A stretch of 64,000 bases of DNA from a bacterium (GTDB lineage Bacteria > Cyanobacteriota > Vampirovibrionia > Gastranaerophilales > Gastranaerophilaceae), in the NCBI GenBank assembly GCA_017396025.1, contig JAFQNF010000046.1:18788-82787 (forward strand), written 5' to 3'. Positions 1-10,592 of this stretch are shown here, piece by piece (position 1 is the first letter of the stretch; the number at the start of each line of letters is the position of its first letter). The position numbers and the translations under genes were made by a program. The notes under the pieces were generated by a model that saw nothing but the letters and a program-made list of their open reading frames with translations, ran no database searches and was not told the origin of the DNA.

Positions 1-1908
1 TGGAAGATTTGGATTTTCTGCAGAATACAAGTCGAATCTTGAAACGCCAAGTTCTTCAGATACACTTGCTTTTTTCGCAATGTATGGAGATGTTAAAATA
101 CCCAATAAATTTGTTGCAACAGGCAATGTTTCTAATGGAACATCCATTGCTTGTTTTAAAATGTAATCTTCTGTTGAATAATCATTTCCAAAGTAGCTTT
201 GAGGATTAATATCAGAGCGCATATCCGCATCATCTAATAACCTAGAATGATAATTTCCATCTAATACATTTTTAACAACTTCTACATCAACAACATCAAG
301 AGTTGAAGCAGGCAAACTACCATCTGAAACTAATTTTCTAATATGGCTCATTGCACTATTTGCATTAGATAAGTTTGCATCAGGACCAAAAAGTTTTGAA
401 GCATATGATAATTGTGTATCAGTTGCCAATTTTGTCCAATATTTACCAGAATTGATAGCATAGTCTCTAACAGCTAAAGCACCTCTATCAAAGTTTTCAA
501 TTGCTTGTTCTTTTTGATAGTCTGGCAAATTAGAGAATCTTTCATCATCTTTATCCGCTCTATAGAAGTTCAATTTAGCAATATCAACGTTACCATCCCA
601 AACTTCTAAACCACCTGCAGCACTCTTATTTACTACATTAAAATATGTAAAGTCAGTTGCAGCTTTAATGTTATCAATTTTAGATAAATCAACTGTTCCA
701 CCATTTCTTTTAGCTAATCTGTTGATATTTCTTGATAATTCTGCAGGATTAACTTCAACTGGGAATGGATAAACTGCATCATCATGACGAGTTATATCAT
801 AAATATTATCTGTATTTTTATTTGCATATGTTGTCATATCCATTGGTTTATCAGACGCTTTTTGTTCTGGTGATGCTAATCTGTCATCATAGAATTGAAC
901 ATATGTCGGTTTCTTTGAATCATAGTTTGGATTTTTTGGAGAATATGTTCCATCAGAATCAATACTAAATGGAGCGTTAATTATCTTCATTCTTGTATAA
1001 TCACACTTATCAGGAAGAATACCCAATGAAACTTTTTCACCAGCTCTAAACATATCTTTTGAAATAGACTCTGGACCTCTTCTTAAGAATTCAGATAAAT
1101 GGATACCACCAAAACCTTCATTAACTAAAGCAGCATCTGAAATCCAGTTAATACCATGTTTAAATAATTCTTCTTGTAGTATTTTAAATTCTTCTTCTGT
1201 ACCCAAATTTGGAGCTACTCTATAAGCATTTTCCGTCCAATATAAGTGAGAAGAAATAGTATCTTTTGTAAAAGGTGTACCAACTATTCTTTTAACACCT
1301 TCTTTTTCTAGTTCTGGTAATCTTTGAATAATACCAAAGAAATTACCACCTAATTTATTAGCATGGTTTCTAACACTTGTAAGTGCTTTTGCACGTAAAC
1401 CTTCATTAATTGATGGTTTTCCATCAACATTTTCAACACCAGGATAGTACTCATCTGGCATGATTAACTGCATAGCACCATTTTTATTAATAGTTGCACG
1501 ATTATTCAATACAACATTATATTTATCATCTTCTTTATCACTAAAAATACCAATTACAGTACCATTATCAAAAGCATAAGTTGGTTGTGCTTTTTTATCA
1601 TTTTTATCAGTTAGTTTAAATCTATATGCAAATCCAATATCAGAAGTAATAGCTGTTTGAGAATCAATATCTACAGTTACATTACCGTCTTTTCCAAGTG
1701 GGAACGTTAATACTGGTTTTTCACCTTTTAATCCCAAATCACCTTTTTTATTTTTTGAAATATTATAAAGCTCAACTTCACAATTATACTTATCTGCATC
1801 GTATAAATAGAAGAACTTATGGACTGGATATCCTTGTTTATCAAGCTTTTTGCTATGTCCTTTAAATGCTAAATTTTGTGCGGTAATATTGCTTTTTTGA
1901 ATATTCAC
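1..1908 (-). CDS. Alpha-amylase-family (GH13)-like protein; the C-terminal part runs off the window start
   Basis: Open minus-strand frame from GTG at 1908 (AAGGAG 6 nt upstream) to position 1 with no stop. It is absent from the ORF track because there is no stop in the window. My translation: VNIQKSNITAQNLAFKGHSKK...GGNFFGIIQRLPELEKEGVKRIVGTPF...YWTENAYRVAPNLGTEEEFKILQEELFKHGINWISDAALVNEG. This follows the GH13 beta1-beta3 layout, but region I is NE instead of NH. Confidence 0.5.
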   Translation of the reverse strand, partial: MNIQKSNITAQNLAFKGHSKKLDKQGYPVHKFFYLYDADKYNCEVELYNISKNKKGDLGLKGEKPVLTFPLGKDGNVTVDIDSQTAITSDIGFAYRFKLTDKNDKKAQPTYAFDNGTVIGIFSDKEDDKYNVVLNNRATINKNGAMQLIMPDEYYPGVENVDGKPSINEGLRAKALTSVRNHANKLGGNFFGIIQRLPELEKEGVKRIVGTPFTKDTISSHLYWTENAYRVAPNLGTEEEFKILQEELFKHGINWISDAALVNEGFGGIHLSEFLRRGPESISKDMFRAGEKVSLGILPDKCDYTRMKIINAPFSIDSDGTYSPKNPNYDSKKPTYVQFYDDRLASPEQKASDKPMDMTTYANKNTDNIYDITRHDDAVYPFPVEVNPAELSRNINRLAKRNGGTVDLSKIDNIKAATDFTYFNVVNKSAAGGLEVWDGNVDIAKLNFYRADKDDERFSNLPDYQKEQAIENFDRGALAVRDYAINSGKYWTKLATDTQLSYASKLFGPDANLSNANSAMSHIRKLVSDGSLPASTLDVVDVEVVKNVLDGNYHSRLLDDADMRSDINPQSYFGNDYSTEDYILKQAMDVPLETLPVATNLLGILTSPYIAKKASVSEELGVSRFDLYSAENPNLP

Positions 1909-2101
1909 TTCTAACTCCTTTGCATGCAGAAATCCATATTGTCTTAATTCTTCTGAACCTATTTTCTTGCTTTATTATATCCTACCTTTTAACAAAAATT
2001 TACATAAAAAAGCTGTAAATATTTGTTAAAAAAAAATTTTAAAATTTTTAAAAAGTGACAAATCCGAATTTCTTTGTATATTATTCCTATGGGGAGTACT
2101 T

Positions 2102-2386
2102 ATGCTTAATATTATAAATACCCAAATACCCAATAATGATAACATTATTGCGGCAAGAAAAATTTCATCTTCAACAAACAGAAGAGCTGTAATTCTTGAT
2201 GCTCCACAATATGTCCCAGAATATTCAATAACAAAAAGGATGGAAGAGCAAGACTTGTTTAGAAATACAGCAATTCAAGCAAGCATTATAAAAACAGAAA
2301 ATAAAAATACAAGAAAAAGGGTTCTTAAAGGATTATTATTGACTGCTAGCGCAATAATTGGAATTATTTTATGTAAAAAATCTTAA
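2102..2386 (+). CDS. Small hypothetical protein with a C-terminal transmembrane anchor
   Basis: 94 aa ORF with GGGGAG upstream of the ATG. Hydrophobic tail LLLTASAIIGIILC followed by KKS. N-terminus MLNIINTQI resembles the leader seen on other proteins in this window. Confidence 0.4.
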   Translation: MLNIINTQIPNNDNIIAARKISSSTNRRAVILDAPQYVPEYSITKRMEEQDLFRNTAIQASIIKTENKNTRKRVLKGLLLTASAIIGIILCKKS

Positions 2387-2458
2387 CTTTAATAAAAAAA
2401 ATAACAATTTTTTATTTCATTGTTTTTATATAAAACAAATCCCCGCGGAGCATTATTA

Positions 2459-3946
2459 ATGTCAATAAATATCTCTCAAAAATTCCCTATATACAAACAA
2501 CAAGTAAATGTAGAAAGAAAAAGTCTTTCTACTAGTTTGTCTTGTGTAAACAAAGACACATTTGTTCCATCTTTTGGGTTCAAAACGAAGAGAGAAAATT
2601 ATGGACTTTTGCATTCAATAAGAAACATGTTTAATGTAGAACACACCCCAGAAATAAATCCAACTGTCGAAGAGATATTAAATAGTAATTCATCACCATA
2701 TGCAGTTGAACTTTCAAAAGGCGTAAAAGCCCGTTTTGGAGAGAATATACCAGCAAAAAATTTCGAATGCATCATGTCTCCAGATGAATTCAGGAAAAGG
2801 CTACCTGAATTGAATGAAAAAAACTTTAAAGGTACAACTGAAAACATCGTAAATGGCTTCTATTGTGCAGATTTAGATTATGCAAGTAATTTTTCAAATG
2901 GAAAAGGAAGCATTTACGACATTTTAGAAGACGTTCTAGAGTATGCAAACCAATATAAAACCAACAATCCTGATGGAGAAAAATTTATTTTTGCACTTAC
3001 CGATAGAGACTCTCTTGAAGGAATTCAACGCATAATCAAAATAGTTGGAGAAAATCCAGAAAAATTCAAAAATGTACAGATACTTCCTGCCGTAAAACTT
3101 TCATTTACGCATGAAGCGCCAGAATCCAATATTGGATTTGAGAATAGTGAAATGTTAGTTTATGGAATAAATCCATTTTCACCAGATTTAACTAAATTTA
3201 TCGAAAAATTAAGTAGCAAAAGAAAAGCAATGGTATTAGATTTCATAAGAGAAATTAATAGATTATATCCAGAATTTTCTTATAATATCTTAGATTTCGC
3301 AGAACAAAATAGCTTAAAATACCTAAAAGATTACACTACAGTATCAAACTTATACTGGAGAGCAAGAGAATATGCTGAGTCAAAAGGTGATACAGTAATC
3401 AGAGGGAAGAAACTAGTTCCTGAAAAAATAAAAAAAGATGCAGATGGAATCATACAAGAATTAGACAGAATTTATAGAGGTTCTGATGAAAGAAGTATAC
3501 CAAGGTACTCATCTAGTTTGATTGATGAAAATTCAGACTTAAACAGAGATATCAGAACTGTATTTAGCACTTTTTCAACTCATGAAGAGAAAGAAGATGG
3601 AAAAGTAACTTCTTCTGCAGAAAGTTTGTATGATGAAATGGTTGATTGTTTATCAAAAACAGAAGGAACAAAACCTATTATGGCGATATCTTCTCCATTT
3701 TATTTATCTCACTATTTTGAAAAAAGGAATACAAAAACATACGACAACGTTGTAAAATTCATAGAAAAACTTCAAAAAGAATCAAACGGAATGCTAGTTG
3801 CTTTTGAGTCTTTTTCTCCAAACTATAGAAAAGACCAATACATAGATATGGATGAAGTTGAAAGATTTAATGACTATATGAGAAAGAAAACCGGTTTGTA
3901 TGAAGTAGGTGGCGACTTCGATCACGCATTAAACGGTTCTACTTAG
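2459..3946 (+). CDS. Hypothetical protein with a degenerate PHP-like domain
   Basis: Track ORF is 2420-3946; I prefer the internal Met (MSINISQKF) at 2459. Segment ADLDYASNFSNGKGS...FALTDRDSLEG...LPAVKLSF...MLVYGINPF mirrors the PHP layout (DLH.H...SDG / iaiTDHd / GvEis / hilgyg), but the metal-binding His residues are replaced. N-terminal DTFVPSFGFK motif. Confidence 0.45.
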   Translation: MSINISQKFPIYKQQVNVERKSLSTSLSCVNKDTFVPSFGFKTKRENYGLLHSIRNMFNVEHTPEINPTVEEILNSNSSPYAVELSKGVKARFGENIPAKNFECIMSPDEFRKRLPELNEKNFKGTTENIVNGFYCADLDYASNFSNGKGSIYDILEDVLEYANQYKTNNPDGEKFIFALTDRDSLEGIQRIIKIVGENPEKFKNVQILPAVKLSFTHEAPESNIGFENSEMLVYGINPFSPDLTKFIEKLSSKRKAMVLDFIREINRLYPEFSYNILDFAEQNSLKYLKDYTTVSNLYWRAREYAESKGDTVIRGKKLVPEKIKKDADGIIQELDRIYRGSDERSIPRYSSSLIDENSDLNRDIRTVFSTFSTHEEKEDGKVTSSAESLYDEMVDCLSKTEGTKPIMAISSPFYLSHYFEKRNTKTYDNVVKFIEKLQKESNGMLVAFESFSPNYRKDQYIDMDEVERFNDYMRKKTGLYEVGGDFDHALNGST

Positions 3947-4823
3947 TATTTGCTAAGTTGTAAGTCAAAACAACATCATTACCTTGTTCTGAAATATAAA
4001 GAACTTCATTTTTTATATATAAGAAATACGGTTGTGAAACTTTTTCCATGAAAACACTTACACTTCCGCCTTTTGTAACTTTTAATATATTATTCGCATC
4101 ATAGTTTGCAATATAAATGTTGTCATAAGAATCTATTGCCAAACCAATTGGACCATCTAACAAGTAATCTTTAATAAAGTTTGTTCTGTTTTTCTTTTTA
4201 TCAATTTTTACAATTGCATTATCTGAATAACTAGCAACAAACATATTTCCCTCAGAATCAACAACCATTCCAGCAGGGGAATTAAACTTATCTATAAGAA
4301 CCTTTTTATTTTCATTTGCTGTCGTTATTTTAGCTCTTTCAATCTTATTTTTTTCAGCATCAAACAATGTTTTTGCATCACGATACATTTGATGAGCTAT
4401 ATGGAAGTATTCGTAATCTTCAGGAATATACTCTAAATATTTCATTGCTAAAGAATAATTTTTTCTATTATAAGAAATCTTTGCGGCTTGAAGAATAGAG
4501 TCATAATCCTTTGGATTAAGCGCAATAATTTTCACATAGGTTTTGTAAGCTTCATCATAATTTTTTTTAGCAACCTGAATTGATGCGATATTATAGTATG
4601 CATCTGTCATCTTAGGATTATATTTTAATGCTTCTTGAAAAGATGCTAATGCACTATCATAAGCCTTAGAACGGTATAAAGAAACTCCGGTTTTATAAGC
4701 TTTCATAGCTTGTTGCATTAATTCTTCATCAAGTTCTTCCGTATTGGCAAATGAAACCATGCCTGCCTGTAAGCAAACAACTGACATTACCAAAACTAAA
4801 CCTTGTAATATTTTTCTTTTCAT
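3939..4823 (-). CDS. Exported TPR plus NHL-repeat protein
   Basis: 294 aa with an N-terminal signal-like segment (LVLVMSVVCLQAGMVSFA). TPR-like repeats (AYDSALASFQEALKYNPKMTDAYYN..., YDEAYKTYVKIIALNPKDY). NHL-like blades (DSEGNMFVASYSDNAIVKID, DSYDNIYIANYDANNILKV). Confidence 0.7.
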   Translation of the reverse strand: MKRKILQGLVLVMSVVCLQAGMVSFANTEELDEELMQQAMKAYKTGVSLYRSKAYDSALASFQEALKYNPKMTDAYYNIASIQVAKKNYDEAYKTYVKIIALNPKDYDSILQAAKISYNRKNYSLAMKYLEYIPEDYEYFHIAHQMYRDAKTLFDAEKNKIERAKITTANENKKVLIDKFNSPAGMVVDSEGNMFVASYSDNAIVKIDKKKNRTNFIKDYLLDGPIGLAIDSYDNIYIANYDANNILKVTKGGSVSVFMEKVSQPYFLYIKNEVLYISEQGNDVVLTYNLANTK

Positions 4824-6316
4824 TACACCAACGTCATTGCGGGAACATTATATTTAAATTGTACAGCTTCTTCTAACTTAAAGGCAACATTTAACAATTT
4901 GTTTTCATTTAAGCAATTAGCTTGAAGTTGTAAACCAATTGGCATACCAGTAGAATCAAGTCCAACAGGAATATTCATAGCAGGAATACCAGCAAGGTTT
5001 GCTGTAATTGTCGCAATATCTGTTAAGTACATGCTTAATGGATCAGATACTTTTGAACCAATATCAAACGCCGTGTGTGGACAAGTTGGAGAAATTAATA
5101 CATCAACTTTTTCAAATGCATTATCAAAGTCTTGTTTTACTAATCTTCTCAACTGTTGAGCTTTTTTGTAGTAAGCATCGTAGTAACCTGAACTTAGAGC
5201 ATAAGTACCAAGCATAATTCTTCGTTTAACTTCTTCGCCAAAACCTTCAGCACGAGTTTTTACATACATATCATAAAGATTTTCTGGGCTAGCAGTTCTA
5301 TATCCATATTTAACACCATCAAATCTTGCTAAGTTTGAACTTGCTTCTGCAGTTGCAATTACATAATAAACAGCAATTGAATATTTAATTAAAGGAAGTG
5401 AAATTTCAACAATTTCAGCACCTAATGCTTTATATGTTTCGATTGTTTTTTGCATTGCAGTTGCAACATCTGGAGTTAAACCTTCAGAGCATAACTCCTT
5501 AATATAACCAATTTTTACGCCTTTTAAATCTTTTCTTAAATCAGCTGTAAAATCAGGTGTTGGACGATTTAATGATGTAGAATCTTTTTCATCATGTCCA
5601 GCGATAGCATTTAATAATAAAGCAGAGTCTTCAACTGTTCTTGTGATTGGTCCAATTTGATCTAATGATGAAGCAAAAGCAATTAAACCATATCTTGAAA
5701 CAGTACCATAAGTTGGTTTTAAACCAACCAAACCACAATAACTACCTGGCAAACGAATACTGCCACCAGTATCTGAACCTAAAGCAATAGTTGCTTCACC
5801 AGCTGCAACAGCAGCTGCACTACCACCAGAAGAACCACCAGGAACTTTATTTAAATTCCAAGGATTATGAACAATTTTTGTTGCAGAGTTTTCATTACTA
5901 GAACCCATTGCAAATTCGTCCATATTAGCTTTACCAATGATTGGTATTAAATTAGATTTTAATTTTTGTGTAACAGTTGCATCATATGGAGATACAAAAT
6001 TAGCTAGAATTTTGCTTGATGCAGTTGTTGGATAAGATTTTAAATTGATATTATCTTTTAATGCTAAAGGAATACCAGCTAAAGGAGCAATTTCTTCTCC
6101 ATTTTTAATTTTTTCATCAACTTTTTTTGCAGTTTCTAATGCAAAATCTTTTGTTAAAGAATTGTATGCACCAATTTTTTCTTCTACTGCATCAACTTGA
6201 TTATAAACAGCTTCAACTAATTCTACTGCGCTAACTTCCTTATTTAATAAAGCCTTTCTTTGTTCTGATGAAGACTTTGTGATTAATTCACGAATATCCA
6301 CTTTAATACCTCTCAT
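4823..6316 (-). CDS. gatA: Glutamyl/aspartyl-tRNA amidotransferase subunit A
   Basis: 497 aa with the amidase signature GGSSGGSAAAVAAG and GSDTGGSIRLP. Length and layout are typical of GatA. The stop overlaps the downstream start (TAATG). Confidence 0.95.
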   Translation of the reverse strand: MRGIKVDIRELITKSSSEQRKALLNKEVSAVELVEAVYNQVDAVEEKIGAYNSLTKDFALETAKKVDEKIKNGEEIAPLAGIPLALKDNINLKSYPTTASSKILANFVSPYDATVTQKLKSNLIPIIGKANMDEFAMGSSNENSATKIVHNPWNLNKVPGGSSGGSAAAVAAGEATIALGSDTGGSIRLPGSYCGLVGLKPTYGTVSRYGLIAFASSLDQIGPITRTVEDSALLLNAIAGHDEKDSTSLNRPTPDFTADLRKDLKGVKIGYIKELCSEGLTPDVATAMQKTIETYKALGAEIVEISLPLIKYSIAVYYVIATAEASSNLARFDGVKYGYRTASPENLYDMYVKTRAEGFGEEVKRRIMLGTYALSSGYYDAYYKKAQQLRRLVKQDFDNAFEKVDVLISPTCPHTAFDIGSKVSDPLSMYLTDIATITANLAGIPAMNIPVGLDSTGMPIGLQLQANCLNENKLLNVAFKLEEAVQFKYNVPAMTLV

Positions 6317-6402
6317 GCTCTAATGTAAACATTATAAATTAAAGAAACTTTTTTGTAACTTTTTTGGCATAATGTTATTATATATAAAAAGAGGGATATG
6401 AT

Positions 6403-7464
6403 TTGGCAATTATTTCAGATGATGACAATATAAAAAATGTAAAACCGCAAAAAAGTGAAGACACAACAGCGGAAGAAACTTCTTATGATATGTCATTTGA
6501 AGCGAATATCAGACCAAAACACTTTGACGATTATGTTGGTCAAGGTGCATTAAAATCTACTCTAAAAATTTCAATTGAAGCAGCGAAGAAACGTGAAATT
6601 CCATTAGACCACATTCTATTTTATGGGCCACCAGGCTTAGGGAAAACAACTCTAGCGTCTGTTATTGCAACAGAGATGGGAGCGAATATAAAAATCACTT
6701 CCGCTCCATCATTAGAGCGTCCTCGTGATATTATCGGAATTTTAATGGCATTAAAAGCTGGTGATGTTTTATTTATTGATGAAATTCATCGTTTAAACAA
6801 AATTTCAGAAGAAATTCTATATCCTGCAATGGAAGATTTTTATCTTGATATGACAACAGGAAAATCTCAAACATTAAAATCTATTAGAATACCAATCCCA
6901 AAATTCACCTTGATTGGTGCAACGACAAAGGCAGGTTCTTTATCTAGTCCATTGCGTGACCGTTTTGGAATTATCCATAGACTTGAATTTTATACAGAGG
7001 AAGAACTTACAAAAGTTATTCAAAGAACTGCCAATATTTTAGATATTGGAATAAAAGAAGAAGGTGCAAAAGCTATCGCAAAGCGCTCTCGTGGTACACC
7101 AAGAATTGCAAACAGATTAGTTAAAAGAGTTCGTGATTACGCTATTGTAAAATCAGATGGAATGATAGACGAAAAAACAGCAAACGAAGCTTTAGATATT
7201 CTGCAAATAGATAAATACGGCTTAGATAATACTGACCGTTCTTTATTAAATATCATTGCAAACAAATATAGTGGTGGTCCTGTTGGCATTGAAACTTTAG
7301 CAACAGCACTAGGAGAAGACGTTAAAACAATAGAAGATGTTTATGAACCATATTTAGTTCAACAAGGTTTTATCCAACGAACACCAAGAGGAAGAAAACT
7401 AACACCATATGCTTGTAATTGTTTTGATTTAAAAGATATCGATATTCAACAATCTTTATTTTGA
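6403..7464 (+). CDS. ruvB: Holliday junction branch migration ATPase RuvB
   Basis: TTG start. Walker [28 protein letters not shown] and the C-terminal EPYL.Q.GF..RTPRGR motif are all characteristic of RuvB. Confidence 0.95.
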   Translation: MAIISDDDNIKNVKPQKSEDTTAEETSYDMSFEANIRPKHFDDYVGQGALKSTLKISIEAAKKREIPLDHILFYGPPGLGKTTLASVIATEMGANIKITSAPSLERPRDIIGILMALKAGDVLFIDEIHRLNKISEEILYPAMEDFYLDMTTGKSQTLKSIRIPIPKFTLIGATTKAGSLSSPLRDRFGIIHRLEFYTEEELTKVIQRTANILDIGIKEEGAKAIAKRSRGTPRIANRLVKRVRDYAIVKSDGMIDEKTANEALDILQIDKYGLDNTDRSLLNIIANKYSGGPVGIETLATALGEDVKTIEDVYEPYLVQQGFIQRTPRGRKLTPYACNCFDLKDIDIQQSLF

Positions 7465-8232
7465 TAGCATATTAACAATTTCTTCGTGATGATTTTTTAG
7501 CGCAATATCTAAAGGATAAAGCCCCTCAAAATTAGTAAGTTTTTTATCAACTTTTCTAGTTGATAAAAGATACTCAACAACTTTTGCCCTGCCATTTTTT
7601 GAGGCAATAAACAATGGTGTTTCTTGAAGTTCATTTTGAGAATTAATATCAGCACCATTCGCAACAAGAACTTTTACAGTTTCTAAATTTCCAAAAGAAG
7701 AAGCATAATGAAGTGCAGTATTTCCAAGTAAATTTCTCAAATTAGGTTCGGCACCAACAAAAAGTAAATACATAACAATATCATATCTATTTACAAAAAC
7801 AGCTTGAATTAATGGAGAATCACCTTTTTGATTAACAGTATTAGGATTTGCACCTTTAGAAACTAAAAAATGAACTAAATCAAAATTTCCATGATATGCA
7901 GCATAATTAAGTGCTGCATCACCAACATCTGTTTTTATATTAGGATCAGCACCAGCTATATTAACAAGTTCTTCCGCATAATAATTATTACCAGTAATAG
8001 CCGCAGCAATTAAAGGAGTAACACCTCTTTTATTTTGTTCATTTACACTTATTGTTGAATGTAAGAAATAGCGAAATGCTTGGTCATTAGATTTCATAAC
8101 AGCATCTATAAATGCCTTTATGTTGTATCTATAACCTATTCTTTTTAATTCATCTTTATAATTATTTCCAGCAGCCTGAACCATAGCTGTTGAAAGGAAT
8201 ACAAAAAGAATAAATAACGCTATTTTTTTCAC
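7456..8232 (-). CDS. Exported ankyrin-repeat protein
   Basis: Signal-like N-terminus ([17 protein letters not shown]). About 6 ankyrin repeats (G.TPL..A......iv..Ll..GA.pn pattern, e.g. [28 protein letters not shown]). Confidence 0.85.
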   Translation of the reverse strand: MKKIALFILFVFLSTAMVQAAGNNYKDELKRIGYRYNIKAFIDAVMKSNDQAFRYFLHSTISVNEQNKRGVTPLIAAAITGNNYYAEELVNIAGADPNIKTDVGDAALNYAAYHGNFDLVHFLVSKGANPNTVNQKGDSPLIQAVFVNRYDIVMYLLFVGAEPNLRNLLGNTALHYASSFGNLETVKVLVANGADINSQNELQETPLFIASKNGRAKVVEYLLSTRKVDKKLTNFEGLYPLDIALKNHHEEIVNMLSK

Positions 8233-8349
8233 AAAAACCTCACCTTTAGCAACAATTATAGATATTTTTCATTTTTTTAGCAATTTTTTATAAAAAATTT
8301 TCTTATTATATAAACAGGTTGACAAAATGAAAAAAAGTGTTAACCTTAA

Positions 8350-8470
8350 AATTGAAGTTATTGGGAAACTCCTCGAACGAGGGACTATGCCGTAGCTGTG
8401 AGGGAAGATTTTAAATCTTCTGGAGTCAGAACACCAATTACTGTCTGGATACTTGCGAGCACGAGGTGAA
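8350..8470 (+). promoter_or_regulatory. Cobalamin (B12) riboswitch leader
   Basis: TTATTGGGAAACTCCTCGAACGAGGGACTATGCCGTAGCTGTGAGGGAAG...CTGGAGTCAGAACACCAATTA. It contains the GGGAA core, a CCGtAgCTGTgA element (consensus CCCGCaACTGTaA) and a B12-box-like AGTCAGAACACC, closed by ATTGG/CCAAT pairing. It sits directly upstream of a TonB receptor plus Btu-like ABC operon. CGAGG occurs both in the P3-like stem and in the RBS (CGAGGTG), which allows alternative pairing. Confidence 0.6.
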
Positions 8471-8474
8471 TTTT

Positions 8475-10580
8475 ATGAAAAAGATTTTAGTTTTTGCTAT
8501 GGCTGTTATGGCTATGTTTAGCGCTGTTCCTGCATATGCAGTTGAAGAAGAAGTTACACTTGATAATTCTGAAGAATCTTTGACAAATTCGCTTCTACTA
8601 TTTGGAGATGTAGAAGAGAAAGAGTTATATTCTTACAGTAATTACGCAGAATCAATTGAATCTGCAGGTGCAAGTGTTGATATTATTACAAGAAAAGATA
8701 TCGCTAAACAAGGAACACCACAGTTATCTGATTTATTAAACCAATCAGGTAGCTTGTTTGTACAAAACGGAAATGGTTCAGATGGTTCAGTCTCGTCAAT
8801 TAGAATGCGTGGCACAGATAGAGTCCGCATGACAATTGATGGAGTTAGAGCCGATAGAACCTCAACAACCAGCCCTGGGGTAGAACCTCAGTTTATTTTG
8901 GCTGATGACTTAGAAAGAATCGAAGTAATAAGAGGACCTCAAGGAAATGTAGCGGGAACTAACGCTTCTGGAGGTCTGATTGCTCTTCAAACAAGACGTG
9001 GACGTGGCCCATTATCTATTGAAATGGGTAGCGAAATGGGTAACTTAGGAACAGTAAAAGAAAGATTTGCTGTTATGGGCGGTGACCATTCGTTAGATTA
9101 CTATATGGGAGTAACTTGGTTTAAAACCGATGGTGGTATGAAAGTTACAAACATGGGTAAAGTTAAAAATGATGACTACAACAATTTAAGCGTTGTAGCA
9201 AACGTTGGTAAACGAGTACTTGATGAGAAAGCAGAAGTTCGTAATATTTTTAGATTTGCAAGAGCAAGAAAAAATATTGGTATTGGTTACCAACAAGCTG
9301 CTCCTTATGGTTTGTACCAAGCACCTAATAACTATGCATTAAATTATGACATTATGAATGTTACATCTTTTACTCATAATCCAACAGATAAATATAATTA
9401 TGATGCAAAATTTAGCATTTATCATAACGAAAACAATAGTTATATAATGCCTGATGATTTAAGCGGTGACCCTAAGTATGAATCAATTTCTAAAATCAAT
9501 TCAACAAGGTTAAATGCACAAACTCAACACAATTATAAAATTACAGACTGGAATACATTCAGCGCCGGTTATAATTTAGAAACAGAATTCATTGATGGAA
9601 ACACAAAAGATGTTGGTATGTGGAGCGGAACAGTTCTAAATGGATACTCTGGAAACACAATCCAAAATGATATTTTTGTTAATGATTCTATTAACATTAA
9701 AGACAAATTATTTATTCGTGGTGGTGCTAGGTTAATACACAATTCCGATTTTGGAACATATGTTACACCAAACGCATCTGCAGCATTAGTACTTCCTACT
9801 TTCAAACTTGCTGGTGCTAAAACTAAGTTTAGAGGTTCTTGGGGACAAAGTGTAAATAACCCAACTCTATACCAAAGATTTGGTACAGTTAATTCTGCTT
9901 ATATGAAATCTTTAGCAAATCCAAACCTAGATGCAGAAAAAATGGAAAGCTGGGATGTTGGTGTTACACAAAGCTTCTTTGAAGACAAATTATCTTTTGA
10001 TTTAGGATACTTCAATAGTAACTATAAAGATTACATCGGTCACCACGGATCAACAGACCCTGTGACTTGGATGTACACTGGTAAATATGTAAATATTGAT
10101 AGTGCAAAAATTCAAGGTACAGAAGCAAAAATCACTTGGGAACCAAAACCTTGGATTAAAGCAATTGCAAGTTATACATTTACTGATTCAGAAGATAAAT
10201 CAACAGGTCATTCACTTGCTGGCGTCCCAAAAAATTCATTAAAAGGAACAATTTATTGGACACCAAATGACATAGTGAACTTGTTTGCTGGTGTTGAAGC
10301 AAATGAAGGTCGTTATATGTCTGCAGCAACAAATGCAGAAAAAACTGGAAGCTATGTTGATGTAAAACTTGGCGGTAAAGTTAGATTAATAAAAACAGAA
10401 AACACAGAAATTGCACTAACAGGTACTGTTTATAACTTGTTAGACCAAGATATTTCAATGTATAAAGGAAGCGATGGGGTTTCATACTACGCTCCTGGAA
10501 TTCATTTCCGTGCTGGTTTAGCAATGAAATATACGCTTCCAGAAAGAGATAAAAAGAAAAAAGAAACAGAAAATCTGTGA
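8475..10580 (+). CDS. TonB-dependent outer membrane receptor (BtuB-like by context)
   Basis: I prefer the ATG at 8475 (GAGG about 8 nt upstream); the track gives GTG at 8466. Signal peptide ends AVPAYA. Plug-domain motifs (DIITRKDIAKQG, IRMRG, IEVIRGPQG). Long beta-barrel ending in an aromatic-rich segment. Confidence 0.9.
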   Translation: MKKILVFAMAVMAMFSAVPAYAVEEEVTLDNSEESLTNSLLLFGDVEEKELYSYSNYAESIESAGASVDIITRKDIAKQGTPQLSDLLNQSGSLFVQNGNGSDGSVSSIRMRGTDRVRMTIDGVRADRTSTTSPGVEPQFILADDLERIEVIRGPQGNVAGTNASGGLIALQTRRGRGPLSIEMGSEMGNLGTVKERFAVMGGDHSLDYYMGVTWFKTDGGMKVTNMGKVKNDDYNNLSVVANVGKRVLDEKAEVRNIFRFARARKNIGIGYQQAAPYGLYQAPNNYALNYDIMNVTSFTHNPTDKYNYDAKFSIYHNENNSYIMPDDLSGDPKYESISKINSTRLNAQTQHNYKITDWNTFSAGYNLETEFIDGNTKDVGMWSGTVLNGYSGNTIQNDIFVNDSINIKDKLFIRGGARLIHNSDFGTYVTPNASAALVLPTFKLAGAKTKFRGSWGQSVNNPTLYQRFGTVNSAYMKSLANPNLDAEKMESWDVGVTQSFFEDKLSFDLGYFNSNYKDYIGHHGSTDPVTWMYTGKYVNIDSAKIQGTEAKITWEPKPWIKAIASYTFTDSEDKSTGHSLAGVPKNSLKGTIYWTPNDIVNLFAGVEANEGRYMSAATNAEKTGSYVDVKLGGKVRLIKTENTEIALTGTVYNLLDQDISMYKGSDGVSYYAPGIHFRAGLAMKYTLPERDKKKKETENL

Positions 10581-10592
10581 TATAGTTAACTT

